Below are positions 9,991 to 20,356 of a stretch of 64,000 nucleotides of DNA, one piece after another. Both the position numbers and the translations under genes were made by a program. A model generated the notes under the pieces. That model saw only the letters and a list, made by a program, of their open reading frames with translations, did no database searches and was not told where the DNA came from. The stretch spans positions 4,459 through 68,458 of the forward strand of contig JBDRAN010000005.1 in NCBI GenBank assembly GCA_043823745.1. The letters run 5' to 3'. The stretch is from Candidatus Omnitrophota bacterium. Lineage in GTDB: Bacteria; Omnitrophota; Gorgyraeia; Duberdicusellales; 4484-171. The first letter of the stretch is position 1; every line of letters begins with the position of its first letter.

Positions 9991-10644
9991 TCACGCGTCG
10001 CGGAAACCGTATTTTCCTATCAAAGGAACAAAGACACAACGACAGAGCTCCTGCTGCCTGTTGTGTGTTACAGAAACTTTTTCAACTACCGTAAGCGCCT
10101 GCGTAAACTCATCCCCCACCGGGATAACCATCCTGCCGCCAATGACAAGTTGATCGCTCCAGGCATCGGGTATCATAGGCGCAGCTGCGGTAACAATAAT
10201 TTTATCATACGGCGCCTGAGCCGGCCACCCCAATGTGCCATCGGCCGTTTCTATTATCACTCGATAACCGAGCTCCCCAAGCACCACGGCCGCCGATTGC
10301 GCGAGATGACCGATACGCTCAACGCTGTAAACAACCACCCCAAGCTCTGCCAAGAGCGCCGTCTGATACCCTGAGCCCGTGCCTATTTCAAGCACGCGAT
10401 CGCCGGAGGCGACCGACAACGCCTCGATCATCAATGCAACGATATAAGGCTGCGAAATAGTCTGACCGTGACCGATCGATAACGGATAATCTTCATACGC
10501 CAGAGGCCGCTGGACCTGGGGCACAAAAAGATGCCGCGGAACATGGCGAAATGCCGCACAAACGCGCTCGTCGGTAATCCCGCGCGCGATGATCTGACGC
10601 GCCACCATCTCCTCGCGTAGCCGCTCGTATTGATCAGGTTTCAT
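9991..10644 (-). CDS. pcm: Protein-L-isoaspartate O-methyltransferase
   Basis: GQTISQP, VLEIGTGSGYQ, APYDKI. Confidence 0.95.
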   Translation of the reverse strand: MKPDQYERLREEMVARQIIARGITDERVCAAFRHVPRHLFVPQVQRPLAYEDYPLSIGHGQTISQPYIVALMIEALSVASGDRVLEIGTGSGYQTALLAELGVVVYSVERIGHLAQSAAVVLGELGYRVIIETADGTLGWPAQAPYDKIIVTAAAPMIPDAWSDQLVIGGRMVIPVGDEFTQALTVVEKVSVTHNRQQELCRCVFVPLIGKYGFRDA

Positions 10645-11302
10645 GATTAAGTAAAAAAATAAAACGTAAAAACCTCAACGTATCCACGATCGGCCTGATC
10701 TTTGAACGCTGACCTTTAAAATAAATACTCTCGATTGAAACGCTTGAAATAGCGTAACCCTTGCGCGCGGCCTTGACAAGAATCTCCGACTCTACTTCAA
10801 ACTTGCTGGTTGTTATTTTGATTGCCTCAAGGATCGTACGGCTAATAAGGCGAAATCCACATTGCGTATCCGGGATCTTCTGGCCTGCGAGGCGCGAAAG
10901 AAACCACGACATACATTTATTGGTGATAACGCGTATGCCCGGCATACTGCCATGATTATTCATGCGATTCCCCACAACAAAATTTTCCCCTGCCGCAGCC
11001 CGTGAAAAAAATGCATCAAGGTCACGGGGAGCATGCTGCCCATCCGCATCCATAGTGACCAAATAATCAAAATCTTTTCTCTCCAAAAGATACACAATTC
11101 CTCGTTTAAGCGATAAACCCTTACCGCGATTGACGTCGTTGCGCAGAACCACCGTTGCGTATCGAATGGCAATCTGGTAGGTTGCGTCAACGCTGCCATC
11201 ATCAACGACCACAACGGAAAGTTTTTTTTCCGCTAATTCCTGCAGTAGCCGCGCAAGCGCTGCTGCCTCGTTGTATGCGGGGATTAAGACCCAAATATTC
11301 AT
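10634..11302 (-). CDS. GT2 glycosyltransferase (DPM synthase-like)
   Basis: IPAYNE, DDGS, DADGQH, DTQCGFR. Confidence 0.92.
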   Translation of the reverse strand: MNIWVLIPAYNEAAALARLLQELAEKKLSVVVVDDGSVDATYQIAIRYATVVLRNDVNRGKGLSLKRGIVYLLERKDFDYLVTMDADGQHAPRDLDAFFSRAAAGENFVVGNRMNNHGSMPGIRVITNKCMSWFLSRLAGQKIPDTQCGFRLISRTILEAIKITTSKFEVESEILVKAARKGYAISSVSIESIYFKGQRSKIRPIVDTLRFLRFIFLLNHET

Positions 11303-11361
11303 AATGTTAGCTCTCAGCCGTCAGCCATCAGCTTTTCCTATCTGCAATCCTTCCTACGAAC

Positions 11362-12201
11362 CTACTCCTTCCAATACTTCTGAAACACATACCACTGTTC
11401 AGGATATTGCTCGATATATCGCTCAAGGATCTTCGCGTACGCACTCATAATACACGATTCGATATCCGGGCAAACTACATCATAGACGATCGGTTTCTCT
11501 ATGATGAGCCGGTAATAATATTTTTTATCCCGTACAAAAAAACAAGGGATAACGGCGGCGGCGGTCTTACGCGCAAAAAATGCGGCGCCGCGCGGAAGCA
11601 AGCAGGAACGTGAAAAAATCTGCGCCGATGACCCCTCACGAGTAAAATCACGATCACCGAGTACCCCTACAATACCTCCCTGCTTGAGTATTTGGATACA
11701 CCGTTTGACCGTGATGCCGGTAGAAACAACTCGTAACCCGGCCAGCTCCCTCTGCCTGACAAAAAAATGAGTAAGGCGCTCATCGCTATGAGGCAACGCA
11801 ATAACATGACAAGGGTAACCTCGGAGAGCCACAACCGCACCTCCAAGTTCATAATTACCCAGATGTGCGCTTACGACGATAACGCCTTTTTTCTCCTGAA
11901 GAGCTTTGTCTAGATATTCGAGGCCTTCGATGCGTACGTAGCGCTCGATAAACTGCGCATTAAGCTTCGCGTAACGAAAAAAATCAGAAAGATAATACGC
12001 GAAGTTTATAAAAACTTCTCGCGCAGAATGCCGTAAGCAAGGAACCGAGCCAAGAACCGGCGTAAGATTATATATAACGTTATTACGATCCTTGGAAGAA
12101 CAATGAAATTGAATAATCGCAAGAATTCGAGCGACCGCGTAGCAAAGTTTTCGAGGTAATGCCAGTGCGAGCTTTCTTCCGATAATAAATAAATAATACA
12201 T
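11362..12201 (-). CDS. Lysophospholipid / lipid A-type acyltransferase
   Basis: HLGNYE and PEQW motifs. Confidence 0.88.
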   Translation of the reverse strand: MYYLFIIGRKLALALPRKLCYAVARILAIIQFHCSSKDRNNVIYNLTPVLGSVPCLRHSAREVFINFAYYLSDFFRYAKLNAQFIERYVRIEGLEYLDKALQEKKGVIVVSAHLGNYELGGAVVALRGYPCHVIALPHSDERLTHFFVRQRELAGLRVVSTGITVKRCIQILKQGGIVGVLGDRDFTREGSSAQIFSRSCLLPRGAAFFARKTAAAVIPCFFVRDKKYYYRLIIEKPIVYDVVCPDIESCIMSAYAKILERYIEQYPEQWYVFQKYWKE

Positions 12202-12243
12202 GTTTTACGTGCACGCCTTTAGGCTATCGGGGTCACCGGACCG

Positions 12244-13353
12244 CTAAAGCCCCAGTACCATATCCGCAATACGCAACGAAGAATCAATAAACGAAACCTT
12301 CCGGGCATTCAACTTCAACACCGAAAGCTTCTGTCGATCGCCAAGGAGGTCCTCGACCGAACGGATAACGGCAGGGATACCATCAGCATGAACGATTGCC
12401 CCGCGCGACGAAAGATATCGTACGTTATGCTCCTCCTGGCCCGGAATAGGCTGGATCGTAACGATCGCAAGGCCTTTCGCTAAGGCCTCCGAAATCGTAA
12501 TGCCGCCCGCTTTCGTAATGATAATGTCAGCGCAATCCATCAGCCGCGCGATCGCATCGGTATAGGCAAGGCACGTGATGGGCTTGGTGAACGTCGATGT
12601 ATGCTTCTTAAACCACGAGTATAACTTTTTATTTTTCCCGCAGACGATAATCATTTGGAACGTCCCCGGTAACGCATCAAGCTGGGAAGCAATTTTCTCC
12701 ATAGGCCCAAGCCCCCAACCTCCACCCATGATAAGCACCGTCGGAACATCCGCGCGTAAACCAAAGTCTGCGGCAGCTTCGATGCGGCTACATGCAGTCA
12801 TAAATTTTACGGAAATCGGTATTCCTAAAAGCTCAATTTTCGAGGCCGCGACCCCCTCCGCAACAAGACTTTCGCGTGCCGCGTCACAGGCAACAATATA
12901 TTTATCGACCGCCGGATGAATCCAAAAACGATGTGGATGATAGTCGGTAACCACCGCGAGTAAGGGGATATCCAGGGAATGGCTGGCTTTAAAGTCAGCG
13001 ACAATACCGCACGGAAATGCCTGTGTAGCAATAAAACAATCGGGCCTAAACTCGTCAATAAGGGCCGACAATTTTGAAAACGTGAGCCGGTTGATACACG
13101 CGCGAAAAGGATTTAAGCGACGCACCAGAGTTTTACGATCATACAACCTTCCCCAAAGCCAAGAAACATGTTTAATGACAAACGCGTACACCGCATCAAC
13201 GAACCGTTCACTCCATGGATAAAAATACCCAAAGCCATTAAGGCTGCGTACGGCCAGGTCCGGTTTTCGATATAAGAGGGCTTCCTTAATGTTTTGCGCG
13301 GCCTTGCTATGACCGCCGAAGTCAGAAATATGAAAAATAAGAACGCGCTTCAT
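12244..13353 (-). CDS. MGDG synthase / UgtP-like GT28 glycosyltransferase
   Basis: GGH, VVTDY, ITKAGG, PGQEEHN. Confidence 0.9.
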   Translation of the reverse strand: MKRVLIFHISDFGGHSKAAQNIKEALLYRKPDLAVRSLNGFGYFYPWSERFVDAVYAFVIKHVSWLWGRLYDRKTLVRRLNPFRACINRLTFSKLSALIDEFRPDCFIATQAFPCGIVADFKASHSLDIPLLAVVTDYHPHRFWIHPAVDKYIVACDAARESLVAEGVAASKIELLGIPISVKFMTACSRIEAAADFGLRADVPTVLIMGGGWGLGPMEKIASQLDALPGTFQMIIVCGKNKKLYSWFKKHTSTFTKPITCLAYTDAIARLMDCADIIITKAGGITISEALAKGLAIVTIQPIPGQEEHNVRYLSSRGAIVHADGIPAVIRSVEDLLGDRQKLSVLKLNARKVSFIDSSLRIADMVLGL

Positions 13354-14621
13354 GGCTCCTTATAACCATCGCGCGCGCGCGAAACATCCCGCGTCCGATC
13401 GCCTCGTGATACAGCCTGACGGGTTTTCCGAACGCGATGAGGGTATATTTTTAAAAACGCATCAACCACGCACGGCGTAAACTGTCTGCCTTTATTTTTC
13501 TTGATTTCGTCGATTGCCGACTGAAGGCTTAACGCTTTCTGGTAAGGCCGGTCAATAGTCATCGCGTCAAAAGAATCGGCGAGGGCGATAATCGAGGCGA
13601 TGAGCGGGATTTGCTGCTTTTTAAGCCCCGCAGGATAGCCGCTACCATCATACCGTTCATGATGGTATCTGACCCCCAACAAGACATCTTTAAATTCCTC
13701 GACCTGCTGCAAAATATTCGCGCCAATAAGCGGATGCTGTTGAATAATAAGGCGCTCTTGGTGATTTAATGACGAGACTTTGCAAAGAATACTTTCCGGA
13801 ACTCCTATTTTTCCGATATCATGCAAGAGAGCCGCGGTGCGCACATCCTGTAAGAACTTCTCACTATTATCAGGACGGAGCCGACCACGCAGATTATTCG
13901 CAATAGCAAGAGCGTGTTTGACGACCCGCTCGGTATGCCCAATGGTATATTTATCTTTTGCTTCGATGCTTGACGCAAGCGCTGCGACCGTCTGAACAAA
14001 AAGACGCTTATTGAGCGCAAGCTGGTGATTAAGGTCCTCGATGAGCCATGCATTCTTAAGCGACATCACCACATCGCTTGACAAGACCGAAAGTACATCT
14101 AACTCTTCAGGATTCAACGCGCGATTGTTCTTCTTTGCTCCCAAAAAAAGAAGGCCAATCAAATCTTTTCTAAAAAAACCCGGTATGCACGCACACGCGC
14201 CATACAAAGAAAGATTAACCTCAAGGCTTTCAAGGAAATTTTTTACGCGCTTATCGCGCTTGGCGCGCGAATGCCGCTTGAGACCCCCGATACGCTCGAG
14301 CAACAAATTATCTTTCGTGAAAGGAAGTGTCTTATCGGTAAAATAGCGAATAAGGGGATTATGGGGCCGTATCTTGGCAAAACCCGCCGGAATCCGCATG
14401 CCGGAAGCACCTCGGGAAAACTGTGCTACATATTCTTTGCGATTCTTATCATAAATGAACATGCCCGCGTGCAAAAGTCCCATATTAGTTACAATCGTGC
14501 GTAAAATCATACGCACAAGAGTATCTGCACGATGATACAGAATCGTCTGACGGGCAGCTTTCTCCAGATACGTTAGGTGTGAAGATCTCATATTGCCATC
14601 GTATGGCTCACCGATACTCAC
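13350..14621 (-). CDS. GAF-like plus HD-GYP phosphodiesterase
   Basis: HDIGK, HHERYDGSGYP, RPY. Confidence 0.9.
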   Translation of the reverse strand: MSIGEPYDGNMRSSHLTYLEKAARQTILYHRADTLVRMILRTIVTNMGLLHAGMFIYDKNRKEYVAQFSRGASGMRIPAGFAKIRPHNPLIRYFTDKTLPFTKDNLLLERIGGLKRHSRAKRDKRVKNFLESLEVNLSLYGACACIPGFFRKDLIGLLFLGAKKNNRALNPEELDVLSVLSSDVVMSLKNAWLIEDLNHQLALNKRLFVQTVAALASSIEAKDKYTIGHTERVVKHALAIANNLRGRLRPDNSEKFLQDVRTAALLHDIGKIGVPESILCKVSSLNHQERLIIQQHPLIGANILQQVEEFKDVLLGVRYHHERYDGSGYPAGLKKQQIPLIASIIALADSFDAMTIDRPYQKALSLQSAIDEIKKNKGRQFTPCVVDAFLKIYPHRVRKTRQAVSRGDRTRDVSRARDGYKEP

Positions 14622-14626
14622 CAGTA

Positions 14627-14989
14627 TTACAAAATATACTGCTTAACTTTTCTATCGAGCTCCTCAAGGTCAAGCGGCTTGGTAATATAATCAAACGCTC
14701 CATACTTTTTTGCCCGTTCCTGGTATTCTTTTTCTTCTTTGCCGGTAATCATCATAACGCGCGAAAGTGGGTTTATTCTCTTTATTTCCTTAAGAACCGA
14801 AAGCCCATCTTTATCCGGCATGGTAACGTCAAGAAATGTACAATCGGGATGATGCATATTGTATGACTCAATTGCTGCGGCACCGCTGGTTGCTTTCACA
14901 ACATCAATTCCATGTCTTTGAAGGAACCGCTCCAGAAAATCGACCACCTCCGGCTCATCGTCAACAATCAAAACTTTTTTTCGCATCAT
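14627..14989 (-). CDS. Single-domain response regulator
   Basis: VDDE, LDVTMP, ITKP. Confidence 0.93.
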   Translation of the reverse strand: MMRKKVLIVDDEPEVVDFLERFLQRHGIDVVKATSGAAAIESYNMHHPDCTFLDVTMPDKDGLSVLKEIKRINPLSRVMMITGKEEKEYQERAKKYGAFDYITKPLDLEELDRKVKQYIL

Positions 14990-15081
14990 TCCTCCGTTCG
15001 CGATACACCGTGCCTATCAAGGGAGCCTGCCATCCAAGAAAAAAATGATTCTCTGAACAAACACTGTCCACATGAGAAAAC

Positions 15082-16443
15082 TTATATCAAATTAAGATAC
15101 GCCGCGCCTTCGACTAACGGGTTAAGCGCACCTTCTATGGATACGCTATCTTTTAGGAACCAAAGATCTATGAGCTCACGTTGTGACCCTTCAGAAATTA
15201 TCTCGACTTTTGGCAGCCAAATATCACCGGGATTTTGTTCCCGAACGATGCCAATCCGGCCGTCAACAAGCCTTACGATGGTACCCTTAGGCCAGATACC
15301 GAGTGACGCAAAGAAACGTTCCAGAAGGTTAGGATCAAAAAAATCACCTTTCTTTTTCATCATGATATCGTAAATCATATTGGGCGGATAATCACGTTTA
15401 TAGGTGCGCCGCTGAGTAAGGGCATCATACACATCGCAGATCGAGACGATTAAAGAAACCACATGAGGCTTATGAGCAAATCTGGTCTTAGGATATCCCG
15501 ATAAATCATAGCCGCGATGGTGCTCAAGCGCAACCACAAAAGGAAGGATCCCCATCGTATCAACATATTTGAGCAGAAACTCAGCGCCAAAACTAGTGTG
15601 GCTCTGGACTACCCTATATTCCTCGTCGGTAAGCTTTTTCGGCTTTTTGATAATCCGGGAAAGGTATATTTTACCGATATCGTGGAACAGCGCCGCGATA
15701 CCAACATCAAGAACGTCCTCTCTCGTAAACCCCAGTTGCGAAGAAAAGTACATTGAAAGTATCGATGTATTCAACAGGTGGATAAACGTAGCTAAATCAT
15801 ATTTCTTTGCGGCGCTCAACTTTAAAAATTCGCTATACCGACTAAGTAAACCCTCCATCACGTCAACAATATTTGTACGTAATTGCAAATAATCAACACC
15901 TTCGCCGCTGAGCAATGTGTCAATATAGCCCGGAAGCTCCTCAAGCGATCGTTCGTAACGGTAGAATGCCTTATCTGCGGAAGATAAACCGTCACCGGCG
16001 CCCTCGTTTTCCCGAAAGCCTTTGATTTTGCCGATCGAAATATTTTTTACCCCTAAACTCGAAAGATAATCCTGAAGGTCCTTCCCTCCTGCCACATATG
16101 AATCGATTTTTTCTTCAGGAAGTGCTATGAACGCAATAAATTCGATTAATTCCTCTTTGCTGACACCCCGCGAAACAACAAGCCGCTCGATATGGCGACG
16201 AGAAAGATGTTGGATTACTCCTTTTATTTTTTTGCTTAAATCAAAAAATATCTCTTTATCGCAGGCCAATTCATCGCCAACAATCCCCACCACAAACTCA
16301 TCGCGAACCACAAGCACTCGCTCAAAACTATCATGAGCTCTCGTAATCGCTTCAGCAAAAAGAGGGTGCTGTTGCGTGTAGATTTTCATTACCTGCAAGG
16401 CTACCGAGAAGTCCCTCAATGCCTTTTCAATAATTTCATACAT
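15082..16443 (-). CDS. HD-GYP domain protein with uncharacterised N-terminal domain
   Basis: HDIGK, EHH...GYP, DVYDAL. Confidence 0.88.
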   Translation of the reverse strand: MYEIIEKALRDFSVALQVMKIYTQQHPLFAEAITRAHDSFERVLVVRDEFVVGIVGDELACDKEIFFDLSKKIKGVIQHLSRRHIERLVVSRGVSKEELIEFIAFIALPEEKIDSYVAGGKDLQDYLSSLGVKNISIGKIKGFRENEGAGDGLSSADKAFYRYERSLEELPGYIDTLLSGEGVDYLQLRTNIVDVMEGLLSRYSEFLKLSAAKKYDLATFIHLLNTSILSMYFSSQLGFTREDVLDVGIAALFHDIGKIYLSRIIKKPKKLTDEEYRVVQSHTSFGAEFLLKYVDTMGILPFVVALEHHRGYDLSGYPKTRFAHKPHVVSLIVSICDVYDALTQRRTYKRDYPPNMIYDIMMKKKGDFFDPNLLERFFASLGIWPKGTIVRLVDGRIGIVREQNPGDIWLPKVEIISEGSQRELIDLWFLKDSVSIEGALNPLVEGAAYLNLI

Positions 16444-16486
16444 ACGACACTATCCCATCCTCGTTATTACGCGCCTGCCCAAACTC

Positions 16487-18412
16487 TTAACCGTCAACAC
16501 CCGCCTGCCACCGCGCCAGAACTGCTTTAATGTCCCGGCACAACGAAATATTCCAGAACGATTTTTTTGTAAAAGCCAGAAGTATGGAGGCTGCCTCAAC
16601 AAGATTTAACTCCTGTATAATCCGTAAATTTTGGCGTACGCGAGCGTTGCGGATACCGAACGGATTAAAGATATTAAGAAGTGTGCTGATGGCGCGCATC
16701 ATTGCACTGTCGCTGCGGCGAACGATCGTCAATGCTTGCTTTTTTGAAAAAGTATCCCCTGTTCTTAAAATTATATGCATAAAATCCTCATCGAACACGG
16801 AAATATACTGCATCGCATTCAAAATCTCCCGTTTGAGCATCGGTCCCGAAAAAGAATACATAAAGCGTAATACCTGAAGGCTTGCCGGCCGATCAACCTC
16901 ACCGAGAGATTCGATGATTTTTTTCAAATAGACAGTATCAACATACTTCCGGCGCAAAGCGTTACACAACGCCTCGGTCCCGCCAGGAAAGAATATAAAG
17001 AATAATTCGAGGATCTCGGGCTGCGCTTTCGCTTCTTCGACAATTTTCCGCACATAAAAAAAACTATCGTGGTGACTCGTCGTAAACGCCCGTATAAATA
17101 ACTTCTTCTCGGGCAACAGGCCTCCGGATAATACAAAATCTTCAAGCAAAACGGAAAGATGGTTATAAATAGCCTTAAAGTCACGATGCACGCCTTCGCG
17201 CTCCAATTGAAAAAGAAACTCAAGGATAACCTCGATCGCTGCAAAATCGCGCGCATGAACCAGCTCATACAATTCCGCTATAATTTTTTCGCGTGCGCGT
17301 GTAATAACAAACGCTGATGACTCAGTCCCGAATAAATCAAGTAACGCAAAACGATAATTCCGACTTAATTCCACACGGTCAAAAACAACGGTGCTTTCAT
17401 TGAGTGTTGTATCAAGGAGCGGCGCGAAGACGTTTCGGTATACCTCAAGAATGAAAGGGGTAGTTACCTCGGTGAGTAGCTCCCTGACCTTCTTCTTCAT
17501 CCGGGGAGTCGCCTCTTTGCTGCGGGCGGAAACCACACCAGTCAAAATAGACGCAATTTTCCCGTGTCGTTCTCGATCGATAAGGCGGCTAAAGAGATTG
17601 AAACTCGCCGTATCAAAATCCTCAGCGGAAAGCACCTGCTCACCCAGAATATGGGCAAAGTCCTCGTCGCTGATTTTCGCAAATAGTGATTTCAGTTTTT
17701 CAAGTTTTTCTTCCGATGGAACGCTCTTATCCCTCAAGATCGCTTTCCCAAGCTCGCGCGAACAGGCATGGAACTTCTCTTTCTCGACATGTTTCAGATA
17801 ATCGAGAAACATCATTACATTTTCGCGTAAACTGTCGCGGTCGATAAAGTCTTGTATTTTAAATTTTCCAAGAATTTTCGGAAAGTTATCGGCCAGCGCA
17901 TTAATATCTTTTGTGTCGCGCCGCGTGACAGCTGAACCCAACAGGAAAGTCCAGATATCTTTATACTCCTCTCCCTCTCCGACGAGAAGTTGCGAATAAT
18001 CAAGCTCTTCAACCGTGATGGTAGAAATTCCCGCGTGATGGATCATGCGGACAATACCACCCTGCGCAAAGACTTCACGGGGAGACCGAGCGACAATATT
18101 GATAAATGAGGCAAGTTCTCCAGGGGTGGTACACGGAGAAAACTCAACCGTTTTGAGTTTGCGCGAATGAAACATCTCTGCCAATTCGCGATACACACGC
18201 ATACCCTCAAAGGGCATACCTGCAATATGCAAGGAATGAGGAGCGATATCGACACGTAACGGAATTTCCAGCGAAACCGCAGTGGTTATACGGGCATACA
18301 GGTCGTCTATCGCGCGAATAAACATAGGATGCTCAATAAAATAGGTAGCCGCATGGTTGAGTGTAATTCGTAAATTTTTAAGTAATTCCTCTAGGGCTTC
18401 TGCCTTATCCAT
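16487..18412 (-). CDS. Large helical (HEAT-like) hypothetical protein
   Basis: 641-aa ORF; its N-terminus resembles that of the adjacent HD-GYP protein. Confidence 0.7.
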   Translation of the reverse strand: MDKAEALEELLKNLRITLNHAATYFIEHPMFIRAIDDLYARITTAVSLEIPLRVDIAPHSLHIAGMPFEGMRVYRELAEMFHSRKLKTVEFSPCTTPGELASFINIVARSPREVFAQGGIVRMIHHAGISTITVEELDYSQLLVGEGEEYKDIWTFLLGSAVTRRDTKDINALADNFPKILGKFKIQDFIDRDSLRENVMMFLDYLKHVEKEKFHACSRELGKAILRDKSVPSEEKLEKLKSLFAKISDEDFAHILGEQVLSAEDFDTASFNLFSRLIDRERHGKIASILTGVVSARSKEATPRMKKKVRELLTEVTTPFILEVYRNVFAPLLDTTLNESTVVFDRVELSRNYRFALLDLFGTESSAFVITRAREKIIAELYELVHARDFAAIEVILEFLFQLEREGVHRDFKAIYNHLSVLLEDFVLSGGLLPEKKLFIRAFTTSHHDSFFYVRKIVEEAKAQPEILELFFIFFPGGTEALCNALRRKYVDTVYLKKIIESLGEVDRPASLQVLRFMYSFSGPMLKREILNAMQYISVFDEDFMHIILRTGDTFSKKQALTIVRRSDSAMMRAISTLLNIFNPFGIRNARVRQNLRIIQELNLVEAASILLAFTKKSFWNISLCRDIKAVLARWQAGVDG

Positions 18413-18458
18413 GACAACACCTTAATCGAGACACGGTAGCATAAACACCTACCGGACG

Positions 18459-19607
18459 TTAAAAATATTCACTATACACGTGCATAATCTTCTGCATCAA
18501 GGAACGAGTGACACAATGGTCGTTCTCAAGAAACCGATGAACGCCATACGAAAGGCATCCGAACGATGCCGATGCAGCGCGCCCATTTGCCGGGATAAGG
18601 GTTTCTTCGCCGGCACAAGTCTTAAAAAATTCAAGAAACCCTTCGTGGGTTGTTAGTTGACTCACGCAACCAACAGCACATGCCATGATTTCCCGTTGCC
18701 TCTTGATATCCGCTAAAATTTCGCGCACCTTACCGCGAACAAACTCGCATACAAAAGCATTAAAAGTCTGCGTGCTGAGGCTGGCATAGGTGTCGCCGTT
18801 TTTAACGCTAATTTCCTTATAATGGGGTGTATCCGTAAATGAAAGATACCGGTCCGCGATCTCTCCGGCAAGACCGGGGGCCAACAAGAATTTTTTCTCG
18901 ATCTCCCGAAAAATATGGTACACGCTGAAACTATCATTACTCACGAATTCCAGAGAACCGCTCCTATATACACTGACATGCATGTCGCGGGCGCCGATCG
19001 TCAGGATAATCTGCGGCAGAACGATGTGTGGCTGTGAATTAAAAACCGAGATGCTGCTTATGCCGGCACTCACAAAGCCTCCGAATTCTCTATCAAGATT
19101 ATCAAAAACATCTTCCGCCTCACGCCGCAGTTTTTCCTTTATATAAAAAAGTAACGAACGAGTATTTATTTTTTTTGCTTGCATCCCAATCGGCGGCCGG
19201 AGGAAATGCTGGCCCTCAATCTCATAATCAAGAATCAAATGGTGTACGCACGTATCATCCCAGTCAAGCGCCAATTCTTGAATATACTTTCGGGCATACC
19301 CGATGTCTCCCGCGGAAACCTTTTTACGACTCTTAAAGGGGACTGTCTCATCGATCTGCGTACGCTGCTGGACGCTCCAGGGAAGGACACAAAAAACCTT
19401 TTCTACCTTGAGAGAATACGCAATCTCTTTTTCCTGTATACGCTGCTCGATCAGATAAGCATTTTTCTTGAGCGTATCAATAAAATCAACGCCGGCATTA
19501 CACGCAATTTCCAGCTCCTCAATAAATCGAACCACTCCCCGCTCATAAGCCGCCAGGGCCACATACGCGCGCGCGCCATCGATATCAATACCGCAAAACC
19601 CTCTCAT
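18459..19607 (-). CDS. ftsA: Divergent FtsA-like protein
   Basis: Follows ftsQ; GIDID N-terminus and SHS2-like PIGM segment; ATP-binding motifs eroded. Confidence 0.7.
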   Translation of the reverse strand: MRGFCGIDIDGARAYVALAAYERGVVRFIEELEIACNAGVDFIDTLKKNAYLIEQRIQEKEIAYSLKVEKVFCVLPWSVQQRTQIDETVPFKSRKKVSAGDIGYARKYIQELALDWDDTCVHHLILDYEIEGQHFLRPPIGMQAKKINTRSLLFYIKEKLRREAEDVFDNLDREFGGFVSAGISSISVFNSQPHIVLPQIILTIGARDMHVSVYRSGSLEFVSNDSFSVYHIFREIEKKFLLAPGLAGEIADRYLSFTDTPHYKEISVKNGDTYASLSTQTFNAFVCEFVRGKVREILADIKRQREIMACAVGCVSQLTTHEGFLEFFKTCAGEETLIPANGRAASASFGCLSYGVHRFLENDHCVTRSLMQKIMHVYSEYF

Positions 19608-20356
19608 CGTTTCCTTCCTAAATATACTTTGTCATACCGTAAATCAATATATTCAACGAGTGCCAAATCACCCTTAAGCTCACCGCGCAAGATTGTTTCC
19701 AAAGTTCCAAGTTTACGTTTAAAATCATTTTTCCCGAGAATTATTTTCGTCTGATCAATCATCATACACATGACCTCAGGCTGCGTAGCATTAATCGATT
19801 GCACTGAAAATTTTCGCAGGAACCGCGCTTTATATAATTCCTCAATGAGTACAAAAGCGGTTTCAAGGCGCACGTCAGCCACGCGCTGGCCCGGTTTCAG
19901 GCGCCGGTTATAATCGTCAATCTCAATGAGCACGAAACCCGGCGCCGCGCTTTGATCCTCGGTAATAACAACACCCTCCCGGTCAACAGGATAATTTTTA
20001 TCCCCCTTAAGAAGCGCAAAAGGTTTTCTTATCACGATCGTAATTCGCACCGCGCTGGGAAATTCTTTAGACAGATAAACTTCTTTGTACTCCGGATGCT
20101 GACGGTAAATCTGCGCGCGGATACCCTCGAGATCAACGTCAAACAACGATTCATTTCCGGTAAGCGTTATCGCATTATTATCGATCGCGACATTCGAACG
20201 CAGCTCTTTTACCATAAATATCGATGAGCTGGAAAGCTCTTTGCCCAGATACACCGCAAACAACACAAAGAGCACGCAAAAAAATCCGATCACCGCCGCT
20301 TTGGGAGTCGGGATAAGCTTAACTTTTTTTAACTTCTTGAATTTGGTTTTTGCCAT
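19604..20356 (-). CDS. ftsQ: Cell division protein FtsQ/DivIB
   Basis: Single TM, POTRA-like region, C-terminal YIDLR. Confidence 0.85.
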   Translation of the reverse strand: MAKTKFKKLKKVKLIPTPKAAVIGFFCVLFVLFAVYLGKELSSSSIFMVKELRSNVAIDNNAITLTGNESLFDVDLEGIRAQIYRQHPEYKEVYLSKEFPSAVRITIVIRKPFALLKGDKNYPVDREGVVITEDQSAAPGFVLIEIDDYNRRLKPGQRVADVRLETAFVLIEELYKARFLRKFSVQSINATQPEVMCMMIDQTKIILGKNDFKRKLGTLETILRGELKGDLALVEYIDLRYDKVYLGRKR

